Part shown: piece after piece, positions 13,052 to 23,142 of the stretch | Layout of the letters: every line of letters begins with the position of its first letter | Position numbering within the stretch: position 1 is the stretch's first letter | Position numbers and translations under genes: made by a program | The notes under the pieces: model-generated | What the model was told of the DNA's origin: nothing | The model's input: the letters and a program-made list of their open reading frames with translations, nothing else | Database searches by the model: none | Assembly (NCBI GenBank): GCA_964658305.1 | Contig: OZ210885.1 | Span: 12,400,001-12,464,000 of the forward strand | Direction of reading: 5' to 3' | Origin: Leptogorgia sarmentosa | Lineage: Eukaryota | DNA: 64,000 nucleotides

Positions 13052-13468
13052 TTGTTTTGACATTTTGTTGACTTTACTCAACTTTTGAGTTATATAGTTC
13101 CAATTACTCAAATTTTTGAGTATTGTTTTTGCGGTTGAGTAAATATTCATCCTTTTGAGTCAATTTACTCATGTTGTTGGTTAAAATGACTCAAGATGAA
13201 TTTTTACTCAATATAGCGAGTATTGTATTACTCGCATGATTGAGTAAAATTACTCGCAAATAGTGCTTACTCTCAGATGCGAGTATTTTTACTCAGCTAT
13301 TTGAGTAACAATTTCAATTCACTCAAAACGTGAGCATCGTGACTCAATTTTTGAGTCATTTTACTCATATCCAGAAATGGATTTTTTGCAGTGTGACCGT
13401 TGTTGAAAAGTAGCGATTGCCTAGCGTGTTTGATAATCTTTATGTCGGATTCCGGAATCGGCGTGACA

Positions 13469-14812
13469 TCCGACATAAAGATTATCAAACACGCTAGGCA
13501 ATCGCTACTTTTTAACAACGGTCAAGCATGGACAAAACGAAACTCGTCAAGTTCGTTCGACGTTACAATGGGCAGTTATGACGGCGCTGAAATCTGCGAG
13601 TTAGTAGGTCTCTTCATCCTCAGCGCATTGGAGAAGCGCTTCGGCACCAACGTAGGCCTGTATCGTGACGACGGTTTGGCAGCAATTAACACCACCTCTG
13701 GTCGACTAGGAGACAAAGCGCGCAAAGACCTAATCCAGATCTTCGGCAATTTTGGACTAAAAATCACAGCTGAAGCAAACCTAAGACGGGTAAACTTTCT
13801 CGACATCACTTTTGACCTCACAGACGGTACGTATAAACCTTATAGAAAACCGAACAACGACCCACTCTATATTAACCGCTCATCTAACCACCCTCCTTCC
13901 ATACTCCGACAACTGCCTACTTCTGTTAACAAACGTATCAACAAGCTTTCATGTGACAAAACGACATTTGACGCTGCCGCCCCACTGTATAACGACGCGT
14001 TAAAACGTAGTAACTTTCACACAAATCTGACATACGAACCAAATGCCATCAACCAAACCAACAACTCCAACAGCAACGAAAAACAACGACGAAACAGACA
14101 ACGTAACACAATATGGTACAATCCACCTTACAGCAAGAACGTGTCCTCGAACATTGGACAAAACTTTTTGCAGCTTCTCGACAAACATTTTCCACCCTCC
14201 AATAAGCTCCACAAAATTTTTAACCGTCATACCGTTCGTGTTAGTTACAGCTGTCTCCAAAACATGGAAAACTTTATTAGCAAGCACAACAACAAAATAC
14301 TCAACCAACACAACAAACAAACACCTTCTACAAACAACACAACAGCCAACACACAACACAACAACCCTCGACATTGCAACTGCAGACAACGTGACGCATG
14401 CCCGGTCGAAGGCAAATGCCTCTCAGAAAGCGTGATATATCAAGCCGACGTTTCTACAGCTGACAACAATGAAACCAAATCATATATCGGAATAACCGGC
14501 GGGAAATTCAAGTGTCGTTACCGAAACCACATCAAGTCCATCAATCACAAGAAGTACGCACACGACACCGAGCTATCTAAGCACGTGTGGAAACTCAAGG
14601 AAGCAAAGCGCGCTTTTTCCATCAAATGGTCGCTGATCAAGAAAGTCCCCGTTTACAGAGCTGGCGCAAGAGGATGCCGCCTATGTTTAGAGGAAAAACT
14701 CTGTATACTTAAGAACAGAAACAATAATTTATTGAACAAACGCACAGAACTTTTTAGCAAATGCCGACATGTAACACGATACCTCATAAGCAACTATACA
14801 ACGCCAATGTAA
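13469..14812 (+). CDS. Penelope-like reverse transcriptase (C-terminal half) plus GIY-YIG endonuclease, 5'-truncated
   Basis: MGSYDGAEICELVG, LYRDDGL, VNFLDITF, PYRKP, SNHPP, CNC...CP, VIYQA...YIGIT, CRLCLEEK; the first ~20 aa of ORF 13400 are an artefact of the fold-back. Confidence 0.92.
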   Translation, partial: SDIKIIKHARQSLLFNNGQAWTKRNSSSSFDVTMGSYDGAEICELVGLFILSALEKRFGTNVGLYRDDGLAAINTTSGRLGDKARKDLIQIFGNFGLKITAEANLRRVNFLDITFDLTDGTYKPYRKPNNDPLYINRSSNHPPSILRQLPTSVNKRINKLSCDKTTFDAAAPLYNDALKRSNFHTNLTYEPNAINQTNNSNSNEKQRRNRQRNTIWYNPPYSKNVSSNIGQNFLQLLDKHFPPSNKLHKIFNRHTVRVSYSCLQNMENFISKHNNKILNQHNKQTPSTNNTTANTQHNNPRHCNCRQRDACPVEGKCLSESVIYQADVSTADNNETKSYIGITGGKFKCRYRNHIKSINHKKYAHDTELSKHVWKLKEAKRAFSIKWSLIKKVPVYRAGARGCRLCLEEKLCILKNRNNNLLNKRTELFSKCRHVTRYLISNYTTPM

Positions 14813-14840
14813 ATAGAGTATATTTAGGTCAGACCTGTCA

Positions 14841-14884
14841 GTTGCCTGATGATCGCGTTTCCGCGTGAAACTCTGAGTAGCGAC
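14841..14884 (+). ncRNA. Minimal type I hammerhead ribozyme in the PLE 3' region
   Basis: gttgc-CTGATGA-tcgcg-tttc-cgcgt-GAAA-ctctga-GTA-gcgac; stem I gttgc/gcgac; predicted cleavage after 14879. Confidence 0.75.
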
Positions 14885-14987
14885 AGCTAATTTTACCTTT
14901 AATAAATAAATATTCGCTCTACCTATAATGGTATTGAGCGCTCTCAAACCATTTGCCAATTGTGTGACTCTGTTACATATCCTACTT

Positions 14988-14989
<2 letters not shown>

Positions 14990-15020
<31 letters not shown>
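14990..15020. repeat. (TA)n microsatellite
   Basis: Direct reading. Confidence 0.95.
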
Positions 15021-15021
<1 letters not shown>

Positions 15022-15023
<2 letters not shown>

Positions 15024-15562
15024 ACAATTAGATTACGAGCTCGAGATTTCTATGTGGTGATAGTTGATGAGGGCGAAGCCCGAATCAACTATCATCTCGT
15101 AGAAATCGAGAGCGAGTAATCTAATTGTTTTAGTAGAATCAGAGATCAAACATGAAAATATTGCAAAAAATAATTTAAAAACGCGTGTCAGAAGACATTT
15201 TCTTGAACGAAAATTCACATATTTTGCTACTCGCTATCTATCGAGGAATAGATATCGAGTAGAGTAGCCAATCAAATTGCAGCATTTGCAATAGTATACG
15301 AGTATGATTCTACTAAATAACAATTAGATTACGAGCTCGAGATTTCTATGAGGTGATAGTTGATGAGGGCGAAGCCCGAATCAACTATCATCTCGTAGAA
15401 ATCGAGAGCGAGTAATCTAATTGTTTTAGTAGAATCAGAGATCAAACATTAAAATATTGCAAAAAATAATTTAAAACCGCGTCTCAGAAGACATTTTCTT
15501 TAACGAAAATTCACACATTTTGCTACTCGCTATCTATCGAGGAATAGATAGCGAGTAGAGTA
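15022..15562 (+). mobile_element. Tandem 1.8 copies of a ~297-bp hairpin repeat (Crypton-like non-autonomous element)
   Basis: acaattagattac...gggcgaagccc...gtaatctaattgt hairpin, then a ttagtagaatc...gattctactaa IR; near-identical copy at 24443-24738. Confidence 0.75.
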
Positions 15563-15666
15563 GAACGAGAAAAAAAGACTAAATGGCAATTAAACTTATA
15601 CGATTATAATTTGATGGCGTCAAATGCTTTTTGACGAGGTGCCTATAACTTTTGCACAGTACTGTA
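15563..15666. mobile_element. Tc1/mariner-like terminal fragment
   Basis: Ends ...cttttgcacagtactg-TA, i.e. TIR CAGTACTGTGCAAAAG plus TA. Confidence 0.45.
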
Positions 15667-16390
15667 TATATGTTTTTTCCCGGCTGGGAGGTCCGGATAG
15701 AAAAATATTTTGTCGAGGCCTCAAAAGAGACCTCGACAAAATATTTTTCTATACGGACCGACCTAAACGGTAAATAACGGATTTATTTTTTTGCTGCGCA
15801 ATGCTATGATCAAATTCATAAGAAATTCCAGTGTAGTGAACTAGATTTGAGATCAGTTGTGTTTGTTTACTCTGTTACTCCATCGCATGTATATGGCTGC
15901 TAAACAGCCAAGGCGAAGTGGACAAAACCCTTCAGTTTTAGTACAATTGCTGCCTTTTCACTCAACATGACTTTCAAAAAGGTAAATTTATTGAAATTAT
16001 TTATCGTCTTTTACATTTCACGATAAAAACACGGTTAAAATATGCTTTAATACGACACCGAAATATTTCGCCAAAAATGTTTCTTCGTACTAAAAATTAT
16101 TTATAAAAATATAGAAGAGAAATTAACTTTAAACTTATGTAAATCAACTGGTTATAGTATTTTTTTAAAATGGATGAATTTAAGTCAGGATAAACTGCAG
16201 GATTTCGATATATATTGCATTCTTTTGCCATTAAAACAAACATACAAAAGATTTTTTTTTGTTTCGCCCATTACGTATGTAGGATTCCGGACCGCGGTCA
16301 AGATATCGTAAAATTCCGCCCGCTGCTGCAGCCAATCAGATTGCAGAAAACGCTTGGATTCCGCCCGCTGCTGATTTGCAAAAAAATTAT
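15667..16390 (+). mobile_element. Hairpin-headed non-autonomous repeat (Crypton-like architecture)
   Basis: tagaaaaatattttgtcgagg/cctcgacaaaatatttttcta hairpin; distal cagccaatcagattgc motif; boundaries approximate. Confidence 0.45.
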
Positions 16391-16413
16391 TATTTTTCCT
16401 TTTATTTTTCAAG

Positions 16414-16816
16414 GTGTGGAATTTGCCCGATGGCAGTGTGATCAATGAAATTGATAGCGATGGCACACCTGAGATTGTTCGCTTTAGTTCTGATGGGTTG
16501 CAAGTTATAATTGGATGCAAAGATAACCATGTGTTCATCTGGGACTGGCAAAAGCCTGATGCGTCTTTGAAAAAAGTCATTTTACCCGCGTCCTATACAG
16601 TGGAAATAGCATGCGATCGCAACATGATTTACACATGCAGCCTTGATGTGCATATTTGTGAAATCAATCTGGACTCTTTGCAAGTATCGACTGTACGTCC
16701 GAGGGTCCCACCTGTAATATCACCCGACGGCAAAGATCTTTTGTTTGGCTCGCTTCAGAAAAATGTGTTTCTCCACTGGAATCTTTCAACTGCTAGTTGG
16801 GTCGACCATAATGCAG
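16414..16816 (+). CDS. WD40-repeat protein, exon D
   Basis: aag|gtgtgg acceptor gives SSIK|VWNLPDG; FSSDGLQVIIGCKDNHVFIWD; donor gcag|gtaggt, phase 1. Confidence 0.85.
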
Positions 16817-18630
16817 GTAGGTAAATCAAAGAATATTTGAAACTTCTAAATACTATTAAGTCTTTGAGGCGACTACATGGGATATGTGTGAAAGATCGGT
16901 TTTAAATGAGAATATATTAGTCCCGAAAAACCACTGCATTCACTCGCGAATTATGGAGATTACGGAGAATACAATTAAAACGGTTTCGTCACGAGTATCT
17001 ACAAACCTGTGTCCGTTATTTAGGTCGTTCCAAAACTACGAGATTTCAAAAATTAGTCAATCCAATCCAATGCGCAGTAATAGTCGAATCGAACACTGAC
17101 AATTCAAGTTTTGTTTCCTGTCTTCTTCTATATGCTTGAAGCCCACGAAATTTACATGAAAGATGTCGTTTTTAGCGCATAATCACTAACTATGCTGACT
17201 ACGTTACTTATCGTTGCCGCTTATATTGTGTTTTCTGGGTCATCCTACTTATAAGAATGCAGGACCTCAGTTGCAAATCAGTGGTCTATTCGCACGTAAG
17301 TTATGAGTTTGACGGAATGCAAAATGAATGCAAAACACTCCGGGTAACAATTGACCTGCAAATGTGTTGGAAAAATAATACTGAAATCATTTCCATCTCT
17401 GCTATTTGTCGTGTCGAAGCGTTTCTTGAACAAAATACACATATTTTGATATATAACGCTATTGTTTGTCCGTACATTCACTATACTGGCTATTGCAGTG
17501 AAGTAAGGAAGGTATTTAGTGAAACGCAATCAAAACGCTTCAGAAACTGCAAAATAGAGAAGCTAGAATTAATCTGAATATAAGCAATGACGTGTAGATC
17601 ATACGATTGTTCCCTAATCGCTCATCAATCCATTTTCGTATCAAAGTTTCATAACAAATTATCAACTTCGAGACATTTCAATTTCTCTTCGCTCACGAGG
17701 TACACCTTTGATATTCTAGTCCAAAAGAAATCAGAGAAAGCAAGTCCCGTACTTCTTTTCAAAATATAATCGCTGCTCACTGTAGTGCTTTAAAATTGCT
17801 AAAACTATAGTAGTTAAAACTTTCAAAATATGTTACTATTTGGATACCCATATCTCTTTAAATTTTTATGTTTTCTAAATAACTCATTATTCGACCGTGT
17901 AAAATTATTTTCAGGCACACGGGCGTGTAGAAATCAGCCAACGTCAACGGGGTCAGCGTATATACATAAAGAACTACGTCTTTCGTAGATCTTTCGTTTC
18001 AACTTCCTTTTTCAAATTGCTATTTTTGATCTCATCTTTTTCTAAACGGTATTTTGCTCTAGCAAGTTTCCCATCCATGTGCTTGACGACATGAAGGATG
18101 TCAACACATTGCAATTTCTCAGGCCATTTTCCGGCCGCTTTTATCTGCTGATTTCCAAATAAAGTTGAAGCCCGTTTCATTCATGAGATTACTTCCCTCA
18201 TTGTTTGAATTTGACGAAAATTAGACGTCTAAAACGAGCTTAACTAGTCGCGCTGTGCGAACATACCTCAAGATTTAAACCTCAGCTGACGTTTTGGAGG
18301 ATTAGCTGTCAATTGACACGGAAGTTATGTTCTACTAAACTGCCTTTCCATGAGCTTAGTGTAAGACTGTTCTCAGCCCGCTGCAAGTTTTTGGTCTAGA
18401 GTAAACGTATATACATAATAGAGAAATCTAGCGATCTCAAAAATTTGAAAATACGTAAAGAACAAAAATCCATCGCTACAATGTGTAAAAGTGTGTCAAA
18501 ATTAGTATAACTGCAATGATTGGGAACAATAAAAAACATATTATGGCCATTCAAATTAAAGTTCGTGCAATGTACGTACTATTTATCATGTGAAAGTGAT
18601 TGAATTTTGGATGAAATGGGTGTGATTTAC

Positions 18631-18859
18631 GGCCGTTTTTCATTTCAGTCGCTTTGCCCGCACGGGCAGAGCGAACATGTTTCAACTTTTGCTATGGGTG
18701 TCTAATCTGAGCGTTCTCTGTCTAATTTTGCACGCGCGGAGACGCTTAGAAGTGGAACTACGTTCAACTTTCTTGGCGTGCCCGCGCGACTGATTTTTGA
18801 CGAGGTTAAAATCGTTCACTCCGCCCGCGCTGGCAAAACGACTGTAATGGAAAACGGCC
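18631..18859. mobile_element. MITE with GGCCGTTTT termini (Harbinger-like)
   Basis: ggccgtttttcatttcagtcg ... cgactgtaatggaaaacggcc imperfect TIR. Confidence 0.65.
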
Positions 18860-19085
18860 TTTATTACAGTATACTAGTCTTTTATTCACAACAGTGAATG
18901 ACTTACTTTTGCGTTTTCGATATCAGCGATGCATTTTCCTACCTGGATTTGAATAAAATTTCTATTGCTGCGCCTGTAAAGATTACTTGTCGTCTGAAGG
19001 ATATTTTTCGATGATTGGCAGGCTACACCGCTGAAGCGTCGCATACTTGAATACTTCAAATAAAAATTTTACTTCCTTCTTGCAG

Positions 19086-19687
19086 GTCACCCTGACGACT
19101 CGATAGTTACAGCAATTGACATCACATCAAATGGGAAATTTGCTCTGTCTGGAAGCAGTTCGGGAACATTGTCGCTGGTCGACATAGAGTGTTCTAAAAT
19201 AGTTCAATTCGCAAAGACCGAGTCTGGAGTCGCCATACGTTTTGTCTGCTTATTAAGTGATGATGTCCGTTTCGTTTTTGTTGACGAGGTAAACAGAATC
19301 GAACTTAGAACTTTTAATGATATCGAGGCCAGCATTAATTTGGGTCAACCAGACGTTAAAGTCACTTGCATTACTGCTCTTGGTTCAAACTATGCATTGC
19401 TTGGTTGTGATGACGGAGAACTGTTATGGTTTCATCTTAACAATAACTCGCAGTTGAAGTTCCCAGCACACAAGGATGGCATTTCTCAAGTTAGAGGCGA
19501 GCTAGGAGGTCATGATCGTTCACGTCGCTTTGCATCGGGGTCTATCGGTGGGTCTGTGAAGCTTTGGAATGTTGAAGAAAACTTGCCGACGTTAATATGG
19601 TCACATGACAACATTTGTTCAGATCCCATTACCGCGTTTGAATTCGTGCCCTGCTCGGATGATATCATAGTTGCTTCTGACAAAAAG
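19086..19687 (+). CDS. WD40-repeat protein, exon E
   Basis: tgcag|G-HPDDSIVTAIDITSNGKFALSGSSSGTLSL; AHKDGI...FASGSIGGSVKLWN; donor aag|gtatgt; downstream exons not identified. Confidence 0.85.
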
Positions 19688-20195
19688 GTATGTATATCAT
19701 TTTCCAGACGAGATTTTCAAATGTAATTTTTGGACGTGTTACTTGTTATAGGTTGAGCTGCAATTTAAATTTCGTGATGTCTCTTTACCGAACAAGATTG
19801 TCAAACGTTATTTTTAGGGTTTAATATTTGTTGTAGTTGAGCTGCACTTTTTGCAGTACATGAAAAATAACACATACCGTGCTCATCAGTTGTGAAGCGC
19901 TTCTAGAGTGAATTAACTTTGTTCCAAGCATTATCTTAGAAATCGGGAGACAAATTTGGAAGAAAGCCCCTAGTTCAGCCCTTGACTGGAAAAACACAAC
20001 AAAATGAATGGTGGTGTTGAAGTCGTGTGCATGTTTGTTTTTTCGCTGATTGATGTTTTTTGCACTGTGGATAATGTAAAAAAAAGACAAAACATGGTGT
20101 GCATGTCATTGTTACCGATTCCATGGCGAGAATCGCATTAAGATTAGATCTGTCCGTATGGTTAAGCACGCTACCTGAGCGTGACTATTATTTAA

Positions 20196-20702
20196 GAAAT
20201 AGATAACGAGTCGCGTGCCATTATGCTGTTATAATGCACGAGGGAAATGTTGGGAGAATACGAGAGAATCGTGTAAAACACGAGGCGTAGCCGAGTGTTT
20301 TACGCGATTCTCGAGTATTCTCACAACATTGCCCGAGTGCAATTATAACAGCATAATGGCACGCAACGAGTTTTTCTATTTCTTTTATAATATAAGAGAA
20401 TATTAGCGCAACAAATAACTTCGTTAGGAAGATCAAAATTACAATTGTCTTTACATGTAATCAAGCGTGTTCTCAAATGTTGCCAAGCAGCAACACAGCT
20501 TTATTCCTTTAGCTGAGCGAAAGCAAACAATTCAAGCGTTTTTTATGGATGTATTTTTAGTATATATGTATTCTTATTGTCTTTTTTGTCAAAGCAAAGA
20601 GTCGCGGGAGAAATTTAATATCTAGATGCGTGCATTACGCTGTTATAATGCACGCTCATTAGCCAATCACGTTGCAGATTTTACCCTACTTATATTATAA
20701 GA
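20196..20702 (+). mobile_element. Hairpin-headed non-autonomous repeat (Crypton-like)
   Basis: About 190-bp hairpin centred on cgaggcgtagccgag; second IR ttataatataag...cttatattataa; agccaatca near the end. Confidence 0.65.
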
Positions 20703-21994
20703 GCGAATAGTCAACTCGGACCAATTGTGAAATATTCCCTAAACTAATAAAAGCGCGAAAAATTTCGGAAAACACGCGTTCAGTTAGCCTATAGGTAGTT
20801 TAATATACTCTCGGCAGTCTCGTACATCTGCACGGCACTTCATTTATTTAAAAATAGGTACACAAAGTGCTCATGTATTGCGCTCAAGCTACCAGCGTGG
20901 TGATACAAACTTGTCAATGCGCGACTTGTTGGATCTGTCCCGAATATGTGTCACCTTGCATGTATAAAATTGTAATCCGCTAGCAAATAGCGCGACTGTT
21001 TTAGGGAAAGTACTGATTTCTGAAACGCGAGGTTGGGCGTTGATGACTTGATATAAGCTTTCAATCATAAATATATCGCATTCCAAATATCAAATTGCAA
21101 TGGAATTCAACTGGGCGACATACGATATGGCATATTTTAAAGACTTGCTTCAAATTTATTCATGTTGTCGCGTCTTGCGATTGCTATTCGAAATATGTGG
21201 CTTTCTTTTTGACCAAGTTTAACCTTTGTATAAAACCACTTACATACAACATATTCTGCATGTCCATGTCTTTAAATTGTCAATGTCGTTTTGAATTGCA
21301 ATTGCGCACTTACTGAGATGTAGGATATCACAAGTAACTAAATTGCAAGTTATGTATTCATGTACGTGTAATTTCAGGGCAAAGACGGAGTTTAATGTAT
21401 AGCAAATAACTTTTTATATTACAAATTTATATTAATAATTGCTGATGACATCCGTGCACAAAAACCTGTCCAATACCTACGTGAAATCTGGAACGATCGT
21501 GAATGGATAAAATTGAAGCCGAGATTCGCGTATGTTTTTGACTTGGAAAATTACATTTCATGCAATAGGACTGAGGTTTATCGGCAATAGGAAACTAGAA
21601 TGAGGTTAAGATCTGGCTTAATAGCTGCCGAGTAAAACAGATTTCATAAGGTAAATGTTTTAACTTTGTCCGGGATATGCTTGATACTTTTAAAATTATA
21701 TGGCAGCAATTCGAATCTATTTCCTGCTATTCGAATAGTTTCGTATATGTTTTAGTAACAACGATTTAACGTCTGGTTTAAGGTATGTACAAATATGTCA
21801 ACGCTGAACAGTCCGTAAAGTATAATGACCAAAATTCATGCAACAACAGTATTTAGCCGGGACTGCTTTGATAAGCAAATTCATGATCATGTACATTACA
21901 TATGACCATCACATAATGATCACCATCTTCACTTCCGCATTCGCCGTGGTATTGAGTTAAACTTGAACAAAATGCTACGCTTACTGCTTGGAAA

Positions 21995-22660
21995 ATGGCA
22001 TCTGGAAAACCTCTTACTAAGCAAAATCTAACCTTTGAAACCCGAAAGCTGCTTAACCAGGCGGGGTTGAATGCATCAAATTATGCCGGCCATAGCTACC
22101 AGATTGGTGCTGCTACAACAGCTGCTAAAGCAGACCTACCTGCATGGCTCATCAAAACCCTAGGGCGGTGGTCCTCAGACTGTTACGAAAGATACATCAA
22201 AACACCAACGTCGACCTTATCAGGAGTATCTGCCGTGTTGGTCAAAACTACGAGAGTTCGTAAAAAATTTATTCGAAAAAAACAAAACAAAACGAAAAAC
22301 TAAAAACAAAAAATATGGGTTCGTCTATGGGCCGGGAATTCACTTTCCGTGTATTCATGGGGTTGAAGTGCTCCGAATGATCACTTTCAGGCCATAGACT
22401 CAATTATTCAATGTAATTAATTCCTAGGGACTGTCCAAGGGGATCTCAACCCCTTGGACAGGTTAATGTTAGCGGGGATCTTAACCCCCCTAACATTGCC
22501 GAATGGGGATCTTTACCCCTATGGCGTCCAGTCTCCTAGCGGGCCTATGTGCACCCCGCTGGGTTCCTTGAAGAAAAATGTCTCTGAGCCTATGAATACG
22601 TGTATAATATCTTGTTATTGTAATACAGCAGTACTTCATCCCCATGACCCATTTCATCCA
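21995..22660 (+). mobile_element. DIRS/Ngaro-type tyrosine-recombinase retroelement remnant (YR C-terminus plus structured 3' region)
   Basis: AGHSYQIGAATTAA...IKTLGRWSSDCYERYI matches the HSFRIGAAT...GRW...Y YR motif, with the catalytic R replaced by Q. Confidence 0.8.
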
Positions 22661-23142
22661 CACCAAATTTGTGTCGTTTCTGTGTGTTCTCAGCAGCTAA
22701 TATTTTCTATTTCAAAAAGCACTTGGTCTATTAACACCCGATTAAAATCGTGAAAATAAAACTCTTTTGGGCGCAAGCCATTTTTTAACTGCGTTCTTAC
22801 AAAAAGAAAGTAAATCTTGTATAACGTAAAGTTTGATCCACAAGCAGGAAAAACGGCGCGCATGCCTTCCCGAACTAAGTTTAAAAACAAGGTAAGTGAC
22901 AGATAACAAGATATGACTGAATAAACAAAAATATTTATATTTGAGTCATAGAAAAAGGAAAGGGTGTGACAAAAAAAATGTCTGAATAGAAGGGGGAAAA
23001 TTCGTACGGCGGACACCAAAGTTAATCTAAAATCTAACGTGTTACAGCAATTTACTGGGAAAATAGATATACCAAGACGTAAATTATGGAGCGAATTATA
23101 TAATTAACTGGATTTTTAACGATTTTAACTGAATTTCATATA

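Larger units (their letters stand above)
10245..13393. mobile_element. Non-autonomous EnSpm/CACTA (CMC)-type DNA transposon
   Basis: 15-bp TIR CACTGCAAAAAATCC/GGATTTTTTGCAGTG; 2-bp TSD TG (10243-10244, 13394-13395); removal restores ccatgcttg|accgttg, the reverse complement of the intact Penelope arm; subterminal repeat arrays at both ends. Confidence 0.85.
9929..14908 (+). mobile_element. 5'-truncated Penelope-like element (PLE) with inverted partial copy (fold-back)
   Basis: 9929-10244 plus 13394-13449 are reverse complements of segments of 13469-14908; RT plus GIY-YIG ORF; hammerhead motif in the 3' region. Confidence 0.9.

Noticed and set aside
13297..13518. Minus-strand ORF with the same N-terminus as ORF 13400 (MLKSSDCLACL)
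   Set aside because: Artefact of the fold-back palindrome; it is antisense of the RT sequence.
16860..18420. Intronic segment with possible transposon remnants and short ORFs
   Set aside because: I could not define termini, TSDs or a recognisable protein motif.
21995..22303. Phage integrase or bacterial horizontal transfer
   Set aside because: The HSxxIGAAT...GRW.S motif fits eukaryotic DIRS/Ngaro-type recombinases, and there is no prokaryotic gene context.
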